Shown: piece by piece, positions 1-7,293 of the stretch
How the letters are laid out: the number at the start of each line of letters is the position of its first letter
Position numbering within the stretch: the stretch's first letter is position 1
Virus record (IMG/VR): IMGVR_UViG_3300017747_001665
Span: 1 to 37,421 of that record
Length of the DNA: 37,421 bases
Strand: one strand, 5' to 3'
Origin: a virus
Lineage: Duplodnaviria; Caudoviricetes
The notes under the pieces: model-generated
What the model was told of the DNA's origin: nothing
The model's input: only the letters and a program-made list of their open reading frames with translations
The model's database searches: none
Position numbers and translations under genes: made by a program

Positions 1-123
1 CATGATTACCGCAACGAAAAGTAGTAGACCTATCCAGTTGTTCATTTATCACTCCCAATCCAAAACGCGCACCAAACGGGCTGCGCTAACGTGGATAAAA
101 TCGCCTTTCGCATTGTGCCAGCC
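1..123. repeat. Direct terminal repeat, left copy (probably circular assembly overlap)
   Basis: Bases 1-123 (catgattacc...tgccagcc) are identical to 37299-37421. Minus-strand ORFs continue across the junction. Confidence 0.9.
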
Positions 124-234
124 GTTGCTGCATGGATAGGCGGTCACTTTCTCTTGCGTCTTCCTAATCCGAATCAGCACAGGCTTAGGCTTGTATTGTG
201 GTTTGATTTCAAATACTGCGTTAGGGTTTATCAT
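49..234 (-). CDS. Hypothetical phage protein (61 aa)
   Basis: Part of a tightly packed leftward run of small ORFs. Confidence 0.6.
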   Translation of the reverse strand: MINPNAVFEIKPQYKPKPVLIRIRKTQEKVTAYPCSNGWHNAKGDFIHVSAARLVRVLDWE

Positions 235-235
235 T

Positions 236-418
236 TTATTCCACTCTCAATACCGAAACAGGCGAATCAACATCAACAATCTCCATGTCATCAGGCAGCG
301 CGTTGTGTCGCTCTAGGTCTGCTCTGACGTCGTATGTGCAGCGCAGCTTTGTCGGCAACTGCATGTGCGTTAGGGTGAACTCTTCGATTGCTTGGTTTAG
401 ATGGTGCTTGATGTTCAT
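236..418 (-). CDS. Hypothetical phage protein (60 aa)
   Basis: Start overlaps the upstream stop (ATGA); GGAG RBS upstream. Confidence 0.6.
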   Translation of the reverse strand: MNIKHHLNQAIEEFTLTHMQLPTKLRCTYDVRADLERHNALPDDMEIVDVDSPVSVLRVE

Positions 419-747
419 AACTTAGCTCCAATTTCTGCGGCTGCTCTGACTATTGCGCGGCGGGTTGCGGCGTATGGGCAAGATGCGTCATTTGCAGCCC
501 ACAGAACATCTGCTTTAGACAGTAATCCAAGTTTTACTGCCAATCTAAACGCATCGCCATCATCAGTTAGCGGAGACCAAACATCGGCTAACAGTTCAAA
601 AAAGCCATCTTCTTCGCCGCCTGCATTTCTGCGCTGCATGCTTTCATAGGTAAACTCTGTTTCTTCCACGTATTCGTAGTCAAAGAGTCCAGCAGCCTTG
701 GCCGCCAACTCAAGCAACTCTTTATCTGTGCGCTGTGTCATTTGCAC
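415..747 (-). CDS. Hypothetical phage protein (110 aa)
   Basis: Motifs 'WSPLTDDGDAFRLAVKL' and 'ATRRAIVRAAAEIG' are typical of a common proteobacterial phage early-gene family; coupled to neighbours. Confidence 0.7.
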   Translation of the reverse strand: MQMTQRTDKELLELAAKAAGLFDYEYVEETEFTYESMQRRNAGGEEDGFFELLADVWSPLTDDGDAFRLAVKLGLLSKADVLWAANDASCPYAATRRAIVRAAAEIGAKL

Positions 748-965
748 CTCTCAATCGAATCGAATCTAACCTGCGCCAAAGCGAATATCTCCGCCACTTT
801 AAACTTCTCCTGGCGACGCGCTAACTCTGCGTTTTCTTCATAGGTCATCTGCTCGTCAAACCGAAACCGTGACTGCTCGCAAACCCATTCGGTTGCAGTG
901 TGCAGCTCTAGCTTGTTTGTGGATTGGATAACCATCGCTCTTGCGGGTAATAGCCAGTTGCTCAT
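738..965 (-). CDS. Hypothetical phage protein (75 aa)
   Basis: ATGA overlap with the upstream ORF; lies in the same operon. Confidence 0.6.
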   Translation of the reverse strand: MSNWLLPARAMVIQSTNKLELHTATEWVCEQSRFRFDEQMTYEENAELARRQEKFKVAEIFALAQVRFDSIERCK

Positions 966-1123
966 GCAAAATACCCCGCTTTAGCAACCATAACCAAAAC
1001 AACAGCCCAACAAATTGCAGCAACAGCCAGCCATTTGATAGCACCTGAGCCGTCTTGATACTCAGCATCTTCATCAGTGCGGCGGTGTGGTGCGTAGTCG
1101 ATTAATGGTGTTTCGTTTTTCAT
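962..1123 (-). CDS. Small membrane protein (C-terminal TM helix)
   Basis: Likely start MKNETP at 1123 after AAGGA; hydrophobic segment WLAVAAICWAVVLVMVA. Confidence 0.6.
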   Translation of the reverse strand: MKNETPLIDYAPHRRTDEDAEYQDGSGAIKWLAVAAICWAVVLVMVAKAGYFA

Positions 1124-1205
1124 CAGTTCGTCCTTGCGTGTCCTTTGGCTTGTATAATCAATGTAGTTCATATGCACCTCGAAAAGTGCCAGACAGCTTA
1201 CTTGG

Positions 1206-1529
1206 CTATTTGTTTAGGCTCTGCACGTATTGCAGGGTGCTGGTTAGTTGGTCGATGTTTAAAAACTCTTGGCAATGCGTAAACTCATGGTCTCTAAAGC
1301 GAGTCACTGACGATGATGCGCTTGACAGTTGTAGCCACAACCAATCGCTGCCGCCATTACTCGCATTAAAAGCCTCAACCTCAAACATCAACTGCGCTAA
1401 GACGTCAAACCATGCGATTGTGCGACCTTTCGCGGCTAGTGATTGCCACTGCTGGCGTTTGGTTGGTGACAGACGACGAAACGACCTGTCTGCAATTCCG
1501 ATTTTGTTGCATAGGTCTTTTTGTTTCAT
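1206..1529 (-). CDS. Putative HTH DNA-binding protein (107 aa)
   Basis: N-terminus MKQKDLCNKIGIADRSFRR is HTH-like; GGAG RBS. Confidence 0.55.
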   Translation of the reverse strand: MKQKDLCNKIGIADRSFRRLSPTKRQQWQSLAAKGRTIAWFDVLAQLMFEVEAFNASNGGSDWLWLQLSSASSSVTRFRDHEFTHCQEFLNIDQLTSTLQYVQSLNK

Positions 1530-1545
1530 TTTTCTCTCCGGCTTG

Positions 1546-1788
1546 TTAAATCAAGGAAACATCTAAAGCCAACATATCATCAAGGAGAATCTGCGATTGC
1601 AAAAACTCAACTGATTTTTCAAGATTGCAGCGCAAGTAATAATACTCTTCAAACCAGCATTCCGAACAAAGCATATAGACGGCAGCGCGGCATTCAACAA
1701 AATCCGGAATGTCATCAAGCTCGACTTTTTTCGCGTTAATTTGGGTAAGCTTTAAAAGCAGTGCGCTCAGCTTTTCTTGATTGTTCAT
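1546..1788 (-). CDS. Hypothetical protein (80 aa), first gene after a strong early promoter
   Basis: GGAG RBS; directly downstream of the promoter at 1836-1864. Confidence 0.6.
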   Translation of the reverse strand: MNNQEKLSALLLKLTQINAKKVELDDIPDFVECRAAVYMLCSECWFEEYYYLRCNLEKSVEFLQSQILLDDMLALDVSLI

Positions 1789-1835
1789 TTTTCATCTCCA
1801 CATTGTGCGACACCATGCCGCTGCTCATGTGACTT

Positions 1836-1864
1836 AATATAGTGCGGCCATTTCTGGCCGTCAA
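1836..1864 (-). promoter_or_regulatory. Sigma70-like leftward promoter with palindrome in the spacer
   Basis: Minus strand reads TTGACG-17 nt-TATATT with an AT-rich UP region; inverted repeat cggcca-tttc-tggccg at 1845-1860. Confidence 0.7.
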
Positions 1865-1894
1865 TATTATTTTCAATTATTTTTTCACGGGTAC

Positions 1895-1915
1895 AAAAAA
1901 GGCGCCTAAGCGCCC
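1895..1915 (-). terminator. Intrinsic terminator
   Basis: Minus strand reads ggcgc-ttag-gcgcc followed by TTTTTT, at the end of the ORF ending at 1906. Confidence 0.65.
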
Positions 1916-2199
1916 GATTCATTCAAATAACTAATCCGCGCCTCAATGCTCTGAATCGCCTCTTTCAAATCCTGCAACTCATCCTTAGCGCCTCGCTTGC
2001 CAGCTGCAAGTAATTTCTTCACGCCGTGGTCAATCTCAGGAGAGCCAGTTGGAAACGCATTAAGCACCCTGTAAACGTCTACAACACATTTTCCGCTGCC
2101 GTACTTGCCAATGATGGTGCGGTCGTATTTGTTGGCTTGTGGTGCTGCTGGCTTCGTTTGCTGCTTGTGTTCTTCTCTTTGTTCGTCGTAGTGGCTCAT
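1906..2199 (-). CDS. DUF3310/SaV-like phage protein
   Basis: Motif 'DVYRVL...HGVKKLLAAGKRGAKDELQDLKEAIQSI'; likely start MSHYDE at 2199. Confidence 0.6.
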   Translation of the reverse strand: MSHYDEQREEHKQQTKPAAPQANKYDRTIIGKYGSGKCVVDVYRVLNAFPTGSPEIDHGVKKLLAAGKRGAKDELQDLKEAIQSIEARISYLNESGA

Positions 2200-2243
2200 G
2201 GTTGAATCCCTTTTGGTGTATAGAATTTCTTTATGGTCAGGCA

Positions 2244-2816
2244 TCACAAATACCTTACCCTCAAAGCGCCTGCTACGCGACTGTCACTTTGCAAGTCAGC
2301 AAGCTGGCAAGCTAGCTCGTGCTTGCACTTTTTCCAAGCTAAATGAGCCTCATTTGGGCAGTCAAAGTAGCCTATATTTACTCTTTTCCCGCTAATTGGG
2401 TTACTGCATCTGGCCTCAAACTTGCCCCTGAATTTATTAAAGTTAACACCAATGGGCCACTCCCCCCTTCGCTTTCTGCAATCTAAGGTAAATAAATTAA
2501 CTGAAGCATCTACAAATGCGCAATTTTCAACAGAGTAAACCTTGTTTCCGCGATTGATAATATCTTTGTCTAGCTCTTTTCCCTGCCAGTCCTGAGTTTC
2601 CATCCATGCTTTGAAATTTCTAAAACTATGCCACTCTTCGGCAACAGAGCAACCAGTGTATGTCGGGCTATCTCTGTGAAGCTTATCACTGTAGCACCTC
2701 ATCATCATGTGGTACCATCTGTCGTAAAAAGCGCAGCGAATAAACTCTCCACGGATTCCTCTGTGCGCGCGTTCCGCGTCGTTTACTCCGATGCCATAAA
2801 CTAACTTTTTAGCCAT
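2244..2816 (-). CDS. HNH-like (DKD variant) / AP2-like domain protein, copy A
   Basis: Motifs W..M..RCY, PTY.GCSV..EW..F.NF..W, LDKDI....K.YS...C.FV...N, and C-terminal PIGV...KF.A.C....IGYF...EAH. Paralogue of 13129-13725. Start at 2816 or 2828. Confidence 0.75.
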   Translation of the reverse strand: MAKKLVYGIGVNDAERAHRGIRGEFIRCAFYDRWYHMMMRCYSDKLHRDSPTYTGCSVAEEWHSFRNFKAWMETQDWQGKELDKDIINRGNKVYSVENCAFVDASVNLFTLDCRKRRGEWPIGVNFNKFRGKFEARCSNPISGKRVNIGYFDCPNEAHLAWKKCKHELACQLADLQSDSRVAGALRVRYL

Positions 2817-2835
2817 TTTTATCACCATAAAATTA

Positions 2836-2950
2836 AACCCTGATTAGTTGAGACGGGCTACGGAAAGCCACCTAATCAGGGTTCAAAGTAGTTCCGTTCT
2901 GTGCTTCAGCTTTTGGCTTGCAATCAGCTTGCGTCTCACGGCTTGCTGAT
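2836..2950 (-). ncRNA. Putative structured ncRNA / leader with two pseudoknot-type pairings, copy A
   Basis: P1 AUCAGC/GCUGAU with loop CGUGAGAC; P2 with CAAAA loop; 12-bp P3 (2883-2872 with 2847-2836) carrying GU, inner stem GGCU/AGCC, loop UUCCGU and bulge CGUCUCAA. UGAGACG pairs with CGUCUCA and ACGGAA pairs with UUCCGU. Same architecture as 12998-13111. Confidence 0.75.
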
Positions 2951-2957
2951 AATAGTT

Positions 2958-2994
2958 ATTTTAACATGGCGGCATATTGATAATCAATGCCGCC
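2958..2994 (-). promoter_or_regulatory. Sigma70-like promoter of cassette A, overlapped by an inverted repeat
   Basis: TTGATT (2987-2982), 18-nt spacer ending in TGT, then TAAAAT (2963-2958). Predicted start is near 2950, the first base of RNA P1. Inverted repeat ggcggcat...atgccgcc at 2968-2994. Confidence 0.55.
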
Positions 2995-3009
2995 GCTTGT
3001 TGTTAGTTG

Positions 3010-3477
3010 TTAGAAATCAGGCAAGCTTGGGTCGAATTGCTGCTGATTATACTGCTGCTGCGGAGCTTGATTATACTGCGACTGCGCTGGCCGTGGCGCT
3101 TGGTTGTAAGCCTGCTGCTGTTGCTGTGACTGCTGTGGCTGCTGTGGCGCTTGCTGCCCTTGCGGTGCGAATACAGCGCCTAACTTGGCATCGAGCAGCT
3201 CAATCGAAAGGCTCAAGCCGTTATTGCCTTGAAACTGGCGAATCTTCAACTTGTCGCCTGACACTTCCACAATCGCACCTTCGACCAATGCTTGTTGGTA
3301 AAACTGCACTTGCGCTGGAGCTTTGGCGAATACTGCGGCTTCGTAGTTCGTCCATGCGTCTGCTTTCGTTTCGCGGTCGTAATACTTAACACCTAAGCGC
3401 AAGCCAAAACCCGTTGATTCGCCTGCCTGGAATTGTGAGGCCGCTTTGTTTAGCTTGCCCGTTACTGTTGTTGACAT
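3010..3477 (-). CDS. ssb: Single-stranded DNA-binding protein
   Basis: OB-fold-like N-terminus (TVTGKL...G..VEVSG), Q/P-rich linker, acidic-Phe C-terminal tip (DPSLPDF); lies in the recombination operon. Confidence 0.75.
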   Translation of the reverse strand: MSTTVTGKLNKAASQFQAGESTGFGLRLGVKYYDRETKADAWTNYEAAVFAKAPAQVQFYQQALVEGAIVEVSGDKLKIRQFQGNNGLSLSIELLDAKLGAVFAPQGQQAPQQPQQSQQQQQAYNQAPRPAQSQYNQAPQQQYNQQQFDPSLPDF

Positions 3478-3514
3478 TTAAAACACTCCATAAGGGCGCT
3501 GAGCGCCCGATTAA

Positions 3515-4108
3515 TTAAAGTTCAAAGTTATCTTCTGATTCGACTACGACAGGTGCTAAAGCCTCAAGCTGTGCAAGCTGCTCTTGTGTTAGCTGACCAG
3601 TCTGTTGGCACTTGGCTATTACTTGTTGAAGTGTCATTTCTCCGTTTTGCATCATACTAGCCATTGTTGGTAAAAATGTAGCAAACTTATCTGCAGGATA
3701 TGGCGGCAATGATGTATCAAGAAAAGCAATGTGCAAAGGTATGCGCTGCTGGCGGTTGATGGCTTCAACAATAACAATACCGCGCTGGTCGATATGCGAC
3801 ATTGCCTTGACTCGAATGCCGCCAACTTCTTTGCCTGCGTACTTAACGGATGGGTCAAAGTGCAGCTTTACTGATTTACCAATCAGATTTTCAGTCTCAG
3901 CGCCCCAACCTGCAGCCAATACACGGCGCATGCCCTTGCTTGGTTTCCATGGGCGGTTGTTGTCGCCGTCAAAGTATACCGAAAGAGGCTGCTCTTTGCT
4001 GTTGGTTAGCACCGCATCACGAATGCGGATAACTAAATCGATGCCCATAATGTCAGTTGCGTTTAGCTGGTCTGACTTGGCTTCAAGCGTTTGCATGAAA
4101 TTGGCCAT
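3515..4108 (-). CDS. Conserved phage protein, candidate ssDNA-annealing/recombination partner
   Basis: Motifs KSDQLNA.D, PWKPSKGMRRVL, GGIRV..MSHI; acidic tail; coupled between the exonuclease and ssb. Start MANF at 4108. Confidence 0.55.
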   Translation of the reverse strand: MANFMQTLEAKSDQLNATDIMGIDLVIRIRDAVLTNSKEQPLSVYFDGDNNRPWKPSKGMRRVLAAGWGAETENLIGKSVKLHFDPSVKYAGKEVGGIRVKAMSHIDQRGIVIVEAINRQQRIPLHIAFLDTSLPPYPADKFATFLPTMASMMQNGEMTLQQVIAKCQQTGQLTQEQLAQLEALAPVVVESEDNFEL

Positions 4109-4953
4109 TAGAAATCCACCCCTAAATCTGGATCTGCCGCCCAATATGGCAGCGCAATATACTCAACATCGCCTGCTGGCATTGGCCATTCGTCGTTTTT
4201 AAGGCACTCTGCATACGTGCTCAGCGCTTCACGGTACAGCTTGCGCCCGTAGTCGAATGATGGCGTATCAAGCACAAAGATTCGGCTAGCGTTTGGCGCG
4301 TCTTTCTCAACTGCTAAGAACTCAAAGCCTTTCAGTTGCTCGCCGGTTGCCCACTCAAAAACATCTGAATAAAACGCCGCTTGTACGTGGTAGCGATAGT
4401 TTGCGACTGACTTGGCAAACTCGCGCAGGTCTTGTGTTGTCTTAAGGTCAACGCTGAGCAGTTCGCGCGTCAGCTTGTCGAACTTACATTTAACAAGAAC
4501 GCCTGTTACTGGATCCGTTGCAAAGCACGCAAGCTCTGTCCATCCTTCCGCGCTGAGTCGTTGCTTGGCGGCATGGTTTAACTGCAGCGCTGCTTGCATG
4601 CCTGTTACTGAATCGGCTTCAGTGCCAGTCAGCACGTTATCAGCGCCGAACTGTTCAACAGCTTGCTTGTAAGCGCTTGTACGGCGGTCTGTTACGTCAC
4701 GCAGCAACATATACTGCTTGGCGAACACTTCAGGCTCAAGGATTGCAGCGTGCGTTGCACTGCCGATAACCATGGCGCGTGTTGGCTCATTTGGTGAGCG
4801 GTAAGCGTAATGCGCCGGACTTCTGGAAACCAAGTCAAGACCTGACTTGCTGATGCCTGCATAAGCATGGTAAGCATCGTTTGGCATGTTCAGAACCATG
4901 CATCCTTGCGCCGCAAGCTCTGGCGTTAATTCTGAGTAATCGATTATTTTCAT
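4108..4953 (-). CDS. RecE/exonuclease VIII-like PD-(D/E)XK nuclease (DUF3799-like)
   Basis: Motifs YH...GISKSGLD..SPAHY, G.A.H..ILEP, KCKFD, DLKTT, Y.YHVQAAFY. Start MKII at 4953 after GGAG. Confidence 0.85.
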   Translation of the reverse strand: MKIIDYSELTPELAAQGCMVLNMPNDAYHAYAGISKSGLDLVSRSPAHYAYRSPNEPTRAMVIGSATHAAILEPEVFAKQYMLLRDVTDRRTSAYKQAVEQFGADNVLTGTEADSVTGMQAALQLNHAAKQRLSAEGWTELACFATDPVTGVLVKCKFDKLTRELLSVDLKTTQDLREFAKSVANYRYHVQAAFYSDVFEWATGEQLKGFEFLAVEKDAPNASRIFVLDTPSFDYGRKLYREALSTYAECLKNDEWPMPAGDVEYIALPYWAADPDLGVDF

Positions 4954-4984
4954 TTCGCTGTCTCCGGTTGTTGTTGACCTCTGC

Positions 4985-5024
4985 AATATAATGCGTATAC
5001 ACTTAGCTTGTCAATACAATGGAG
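4985..5024. promoter_or_regulatory. Divergent promoter region
   Basis: Leftward TTGACA (5014-5009) with TATATT about 18 nt downstream; rightward TACAAT at 5015-5020 followed by GGAG. Confidence 0.5.
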
Positions 5025-5032
5025 CCAATAAA

Positions 5033-5206
5033 ATGCAAATATCGAAAGCGTACAAAGAAATCAGCGACAAGCTGCAAACCGCCAACCTGATGCAGTTAGT
5101 TCGGGAAACAGGCATTGCGTATAACACACTGCTTGCTATAAAGGCAGGCACGGCAAACCCGACCATTGCAACACTTGAGAAGCTGGCTGCAGCACTGGAG
5201 GTCTAG
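5033..5206 (+). CDS. Cro/XRE-like HTH regulator (57 aa)
   Basis: LVRETGIAYNTLLAIKAGTANPTIATLEKLAAAL is a typical XRE-family HTH; first gene of the rightward operon. Confidence 0.75.
   Translation: MQISKAYKEISDKLQTANLMQLVRETGIAYNTLLAIKAGTANPTIATLEKLAAALEV
5095..5119 (+). repeat. 25-bp direct repeat, copy 1
   Basis: gttagttcgggaaacaggcattgcg matches 7017-7041 at 24 of 25 positions. Confidence 0.85.
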
Positions 5207-5207
5207 C

Positions 5208-6671
5208 ATGAGCTTTCAGCTTTATGAAGACCAGCAGGAGTTTATCAGCAAGCTGCGCGAATCACTTAAGGGCGGCGTCAAGTCTGTCCTTGGTGTTGCT
5301 AGCCCTGCTTTTGGCAAGACAGTAATTGCTGCACACATAACACAGCAAGCACGTAATCGGGATCCAAATGCAAGCGTTTGGTTCTTGGTACATCGCAAGA
5401 ACCTATTGCGGCAGACTAGCAAGTCATTCTGGCAGGCTAAGATTGAGCATGGCTTGATTACTAGCGGAAAAATGCGTTCAACTCTGCCAATACAAGTTGG
5501 CACCATCGGCACAGTGCATAGCCGCATGGAGTCACTGCAGCCACCTAAAATCCTTTTTATTGATGAAGCTCATTTATCCAAGGGTAATATGTTCCAAGCT
5601 GTTATCAGTTGGGCGCGTCAATCTGGTGCGATTGTCATTGGGTTGACTGGTACGCCAGTTCGCCTTGATGGTAAGAGCTTAGGAGACTTGTACGAAGTTA
5701 TCATCGAAGCCAAGTCAACCAAGTGGCTAATCGAACAAGGCAGGCTGTCTGAGTATGTAGCATACACGACGCCAGTTAATCCTGACCTGTCATCAGTAAA
5801 GACCATGGCAGGCGATTACAACATCGGCGACTTAGCTGCAGCCATGGATAAGCCGACCATCGTTGGTGATGCCGTTGCGCACTATCAGCGATTAGCTAGC
5901 GGCAAGCGTGCTGTTGTCTACTGCTGCAACGTGGCGCACAGCAAGCACACTGCAGAAGCGTTTAACGCATCCGGCATACCTGCAGCGCATGTTGATGCAA
6001 GCACGACAGAAGCAGAGCTGAAAGAAATCTGTGAAGCGCTTGCTGACCGTCGTGTGTTAGTGCTGGTCAACTGTGAGCTTGTGATCGAGGGCTTCGACTT
6101 ATCTGCTCAGGTTGGGCGCGATGTAACGCTAGAGTGCTGCATCCTGCTGCGTCCTACTCAGTCGGTGGCGCGTTACCTGCAGATGGTCTTTCGTGCGCTT
6201 CGCCGCAAGACGGAGCCAGCGATTATCCTTGACCATGCAGGCTGCATCATTAAGCATGGTTTGCCATGTGAGCAGCGAGAATGGTCGTTGCTTGGCAAGC
6301 CTAAAGGCAAGCGCAAAGCAAGCGACGAACCAGATGTTAATATTCAGCAGTGCAAGCATTGCTATGCCGTTTTTATTCCTGGTCCTGATACTTGCCCTCA
6401 CTGCGGCAAGCCAATCGAAAAGAAAGTACGCAAGATTCAGCAATCAGATGGTGAGCTTGAGCAAATCGACATTGCTGCAGTTCGCAAAGAGCAACGCAAA
6501 GAACAAGGCAGTGCCAGAACATTGCAAGACTTGGTTGCGCTTGGTATGCGTCGTGGGATGGCTAAGGCTTCACAATGGGCGGCTATTACTGCAGCAGCAC
6601 GAGCTGGTCGCAAACCAACTGCAGCAGACTTTAACGAAGCAAGACGTATACAGCAGGAGTTGACGCGATGA
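5208..6671 (+). CDS. SF2 DEAH-box DNA helicase with Zn finger (RadD/YejH-like)
   Basis: Motifs SPAFGKT, DEAH, GLTGTP, EGFD, LRPTQS...YLQM..R, CKHC...CPHC. Start MSFQL at 5208 after GGAGG. Confidence 0.9.
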   Translation: MSFQLYEDQQEFISKLRESLKGGVKSVLGVASPAFGKTVIAAHITQQARNRDPNASVWFLVHRKNLLRQTSKSFWQAKIEHGLITSGKMRSTLPIQVGTIGTVHSRMESLQPPKILFIDEAHLSKGNMFQAVISWARQSGAIVIGLTGTPVRLDGKSLGDLYEVIIEAKSTKWLIEQGRLSEYVAYTTPVNPDLSSVKTMAGDYNIGDLAAAMDKPTIVGDAVAHYQRLASGKRAVVYCCNVAHSKHTAEAFNASGIPAAHVDASTTEAELKEICEALADRRVLVLVNCELVIEGFDLSAQVGRDVTLECCILLRPTQSVARYLQMVFRALRRKTEPAIILDHAGCIIKHGLPCEQREWSLLGKPKGKRKASDEPDVNIQQCKHCYAVFIPGPDTCPHCGKPIEKKVRKIQQSDGELEQIDIAAVRKEQRKEQGSARTLQDLVALGMRRGMAKASQWAAITAAARAGRKPTAADFNEARRIQQELTR

Positions 6672-7021
6672 ACGAAGAAACCAAGCTAATGCGCCTAATC
6701 ATGATTGCGCTGTCTAACAACAACTGCATCTCATGGCGCAACGAAACAGCAGGCGCATACGTAGGCAAGGTGATACACAAGGACGCACAAATAGTTACGC
6801 TAGCAAACGCGCATCTGATGACGTTCGGCCTTGCCGTTGGCAGTGCTGATATTATTGGGATCCACAAACCAACAGGGCGCTTTCTGGCGTTCGAGGTAAA
6901 GACGAAAACAGGCAGGCCAACGAAAGAACAACTTAATTTTATTGAACAGGTAAGAGCAGCTAATGGGATTGCGGGTATTGTACGCAGCACACAAGATGCA
7001 CTAGACTTACTGCCCCGTTAA
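6668..7021 (+). CDS. VRR-NUC domain nuclease (resolvase-like)
   Basis: Motifs WRNETAG, GSADIIG, FLAFEVKT..GR.T.EQ..F, G.AGIVRS. Confidence 0.85.
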   Translation: MNEETKLMRLIMIALSNNNCISWRNETAGAYVGKVIHKDAQIVTLANAHLMTFGLAVGSADIIGIHKPTGRFLAFEVKTKTGRPTKEQLNFIEQVRAANGIAGIVRSTQDALDLLPR

Positions 7022-7041
7022 TTCGGGAAACAGGCATTGCG
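7017..7041 (+). repeat. 25-bp direct repeat, copy 2
   Basis: gttaattcgggaaacaggcattgcg; overlaps the VRR-NUC stop codon and the following intergenic gap. Confidence 0.85.
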
Positions 7042-7071
7042 ATGCCAAAACATACCTTGCGAGGATTTACA

Positions 7072-7293
7072 ATGACACAATGCGATCACAACGGCCACTT
7101 GCGTTACGTGCGCCGAATCTTTAAAAACGGCACGCAGCACTTCGGCGTGCAATGCTCCAAATGCTTGGATATGGTCAAGACCAAGCGCCACGAAAACAAG
7201 CTGTTTATCACGCTTGCTGAGATACCCGCACACAGCACCATCCACGAGTATATCGACCCTGAACTAAACGACAAGCAAGGAGAGCTGTTATGA
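7072..7293 (+). CDS. Small putative Zn-binding protein
   Basis: CDH...H..VQCSKC motif; GAGG RBS; ATGA overlap with the primase gene. Confidence 0.6.
   Translation: MTQCDHNGHLRYVRRIFKNGTQHFGVQCSKCLDMVKTKRHENKLFITLAEIPAHSTIHEYIDPELNDKQGELL

Noticed and set aside
1-123. Biological direct terminal repeat (T7-like fixed ends)
   Set aside because: The repeat falls within ordinary early ORFs, and P22-like/PBSX-type packaging is usually headful. An assembly overlap is more likely; read-end analysis would be needed to decide.
1087-1566. Long opposite-strand or alternative-frame ORFs in the track (e.g. 1087-1566, 2901-3389, 3729-4202, 6193-6663, 31374-31838)
   Set aside because: They shadow well-supported genes and lack RBSs and recognisable motifs.
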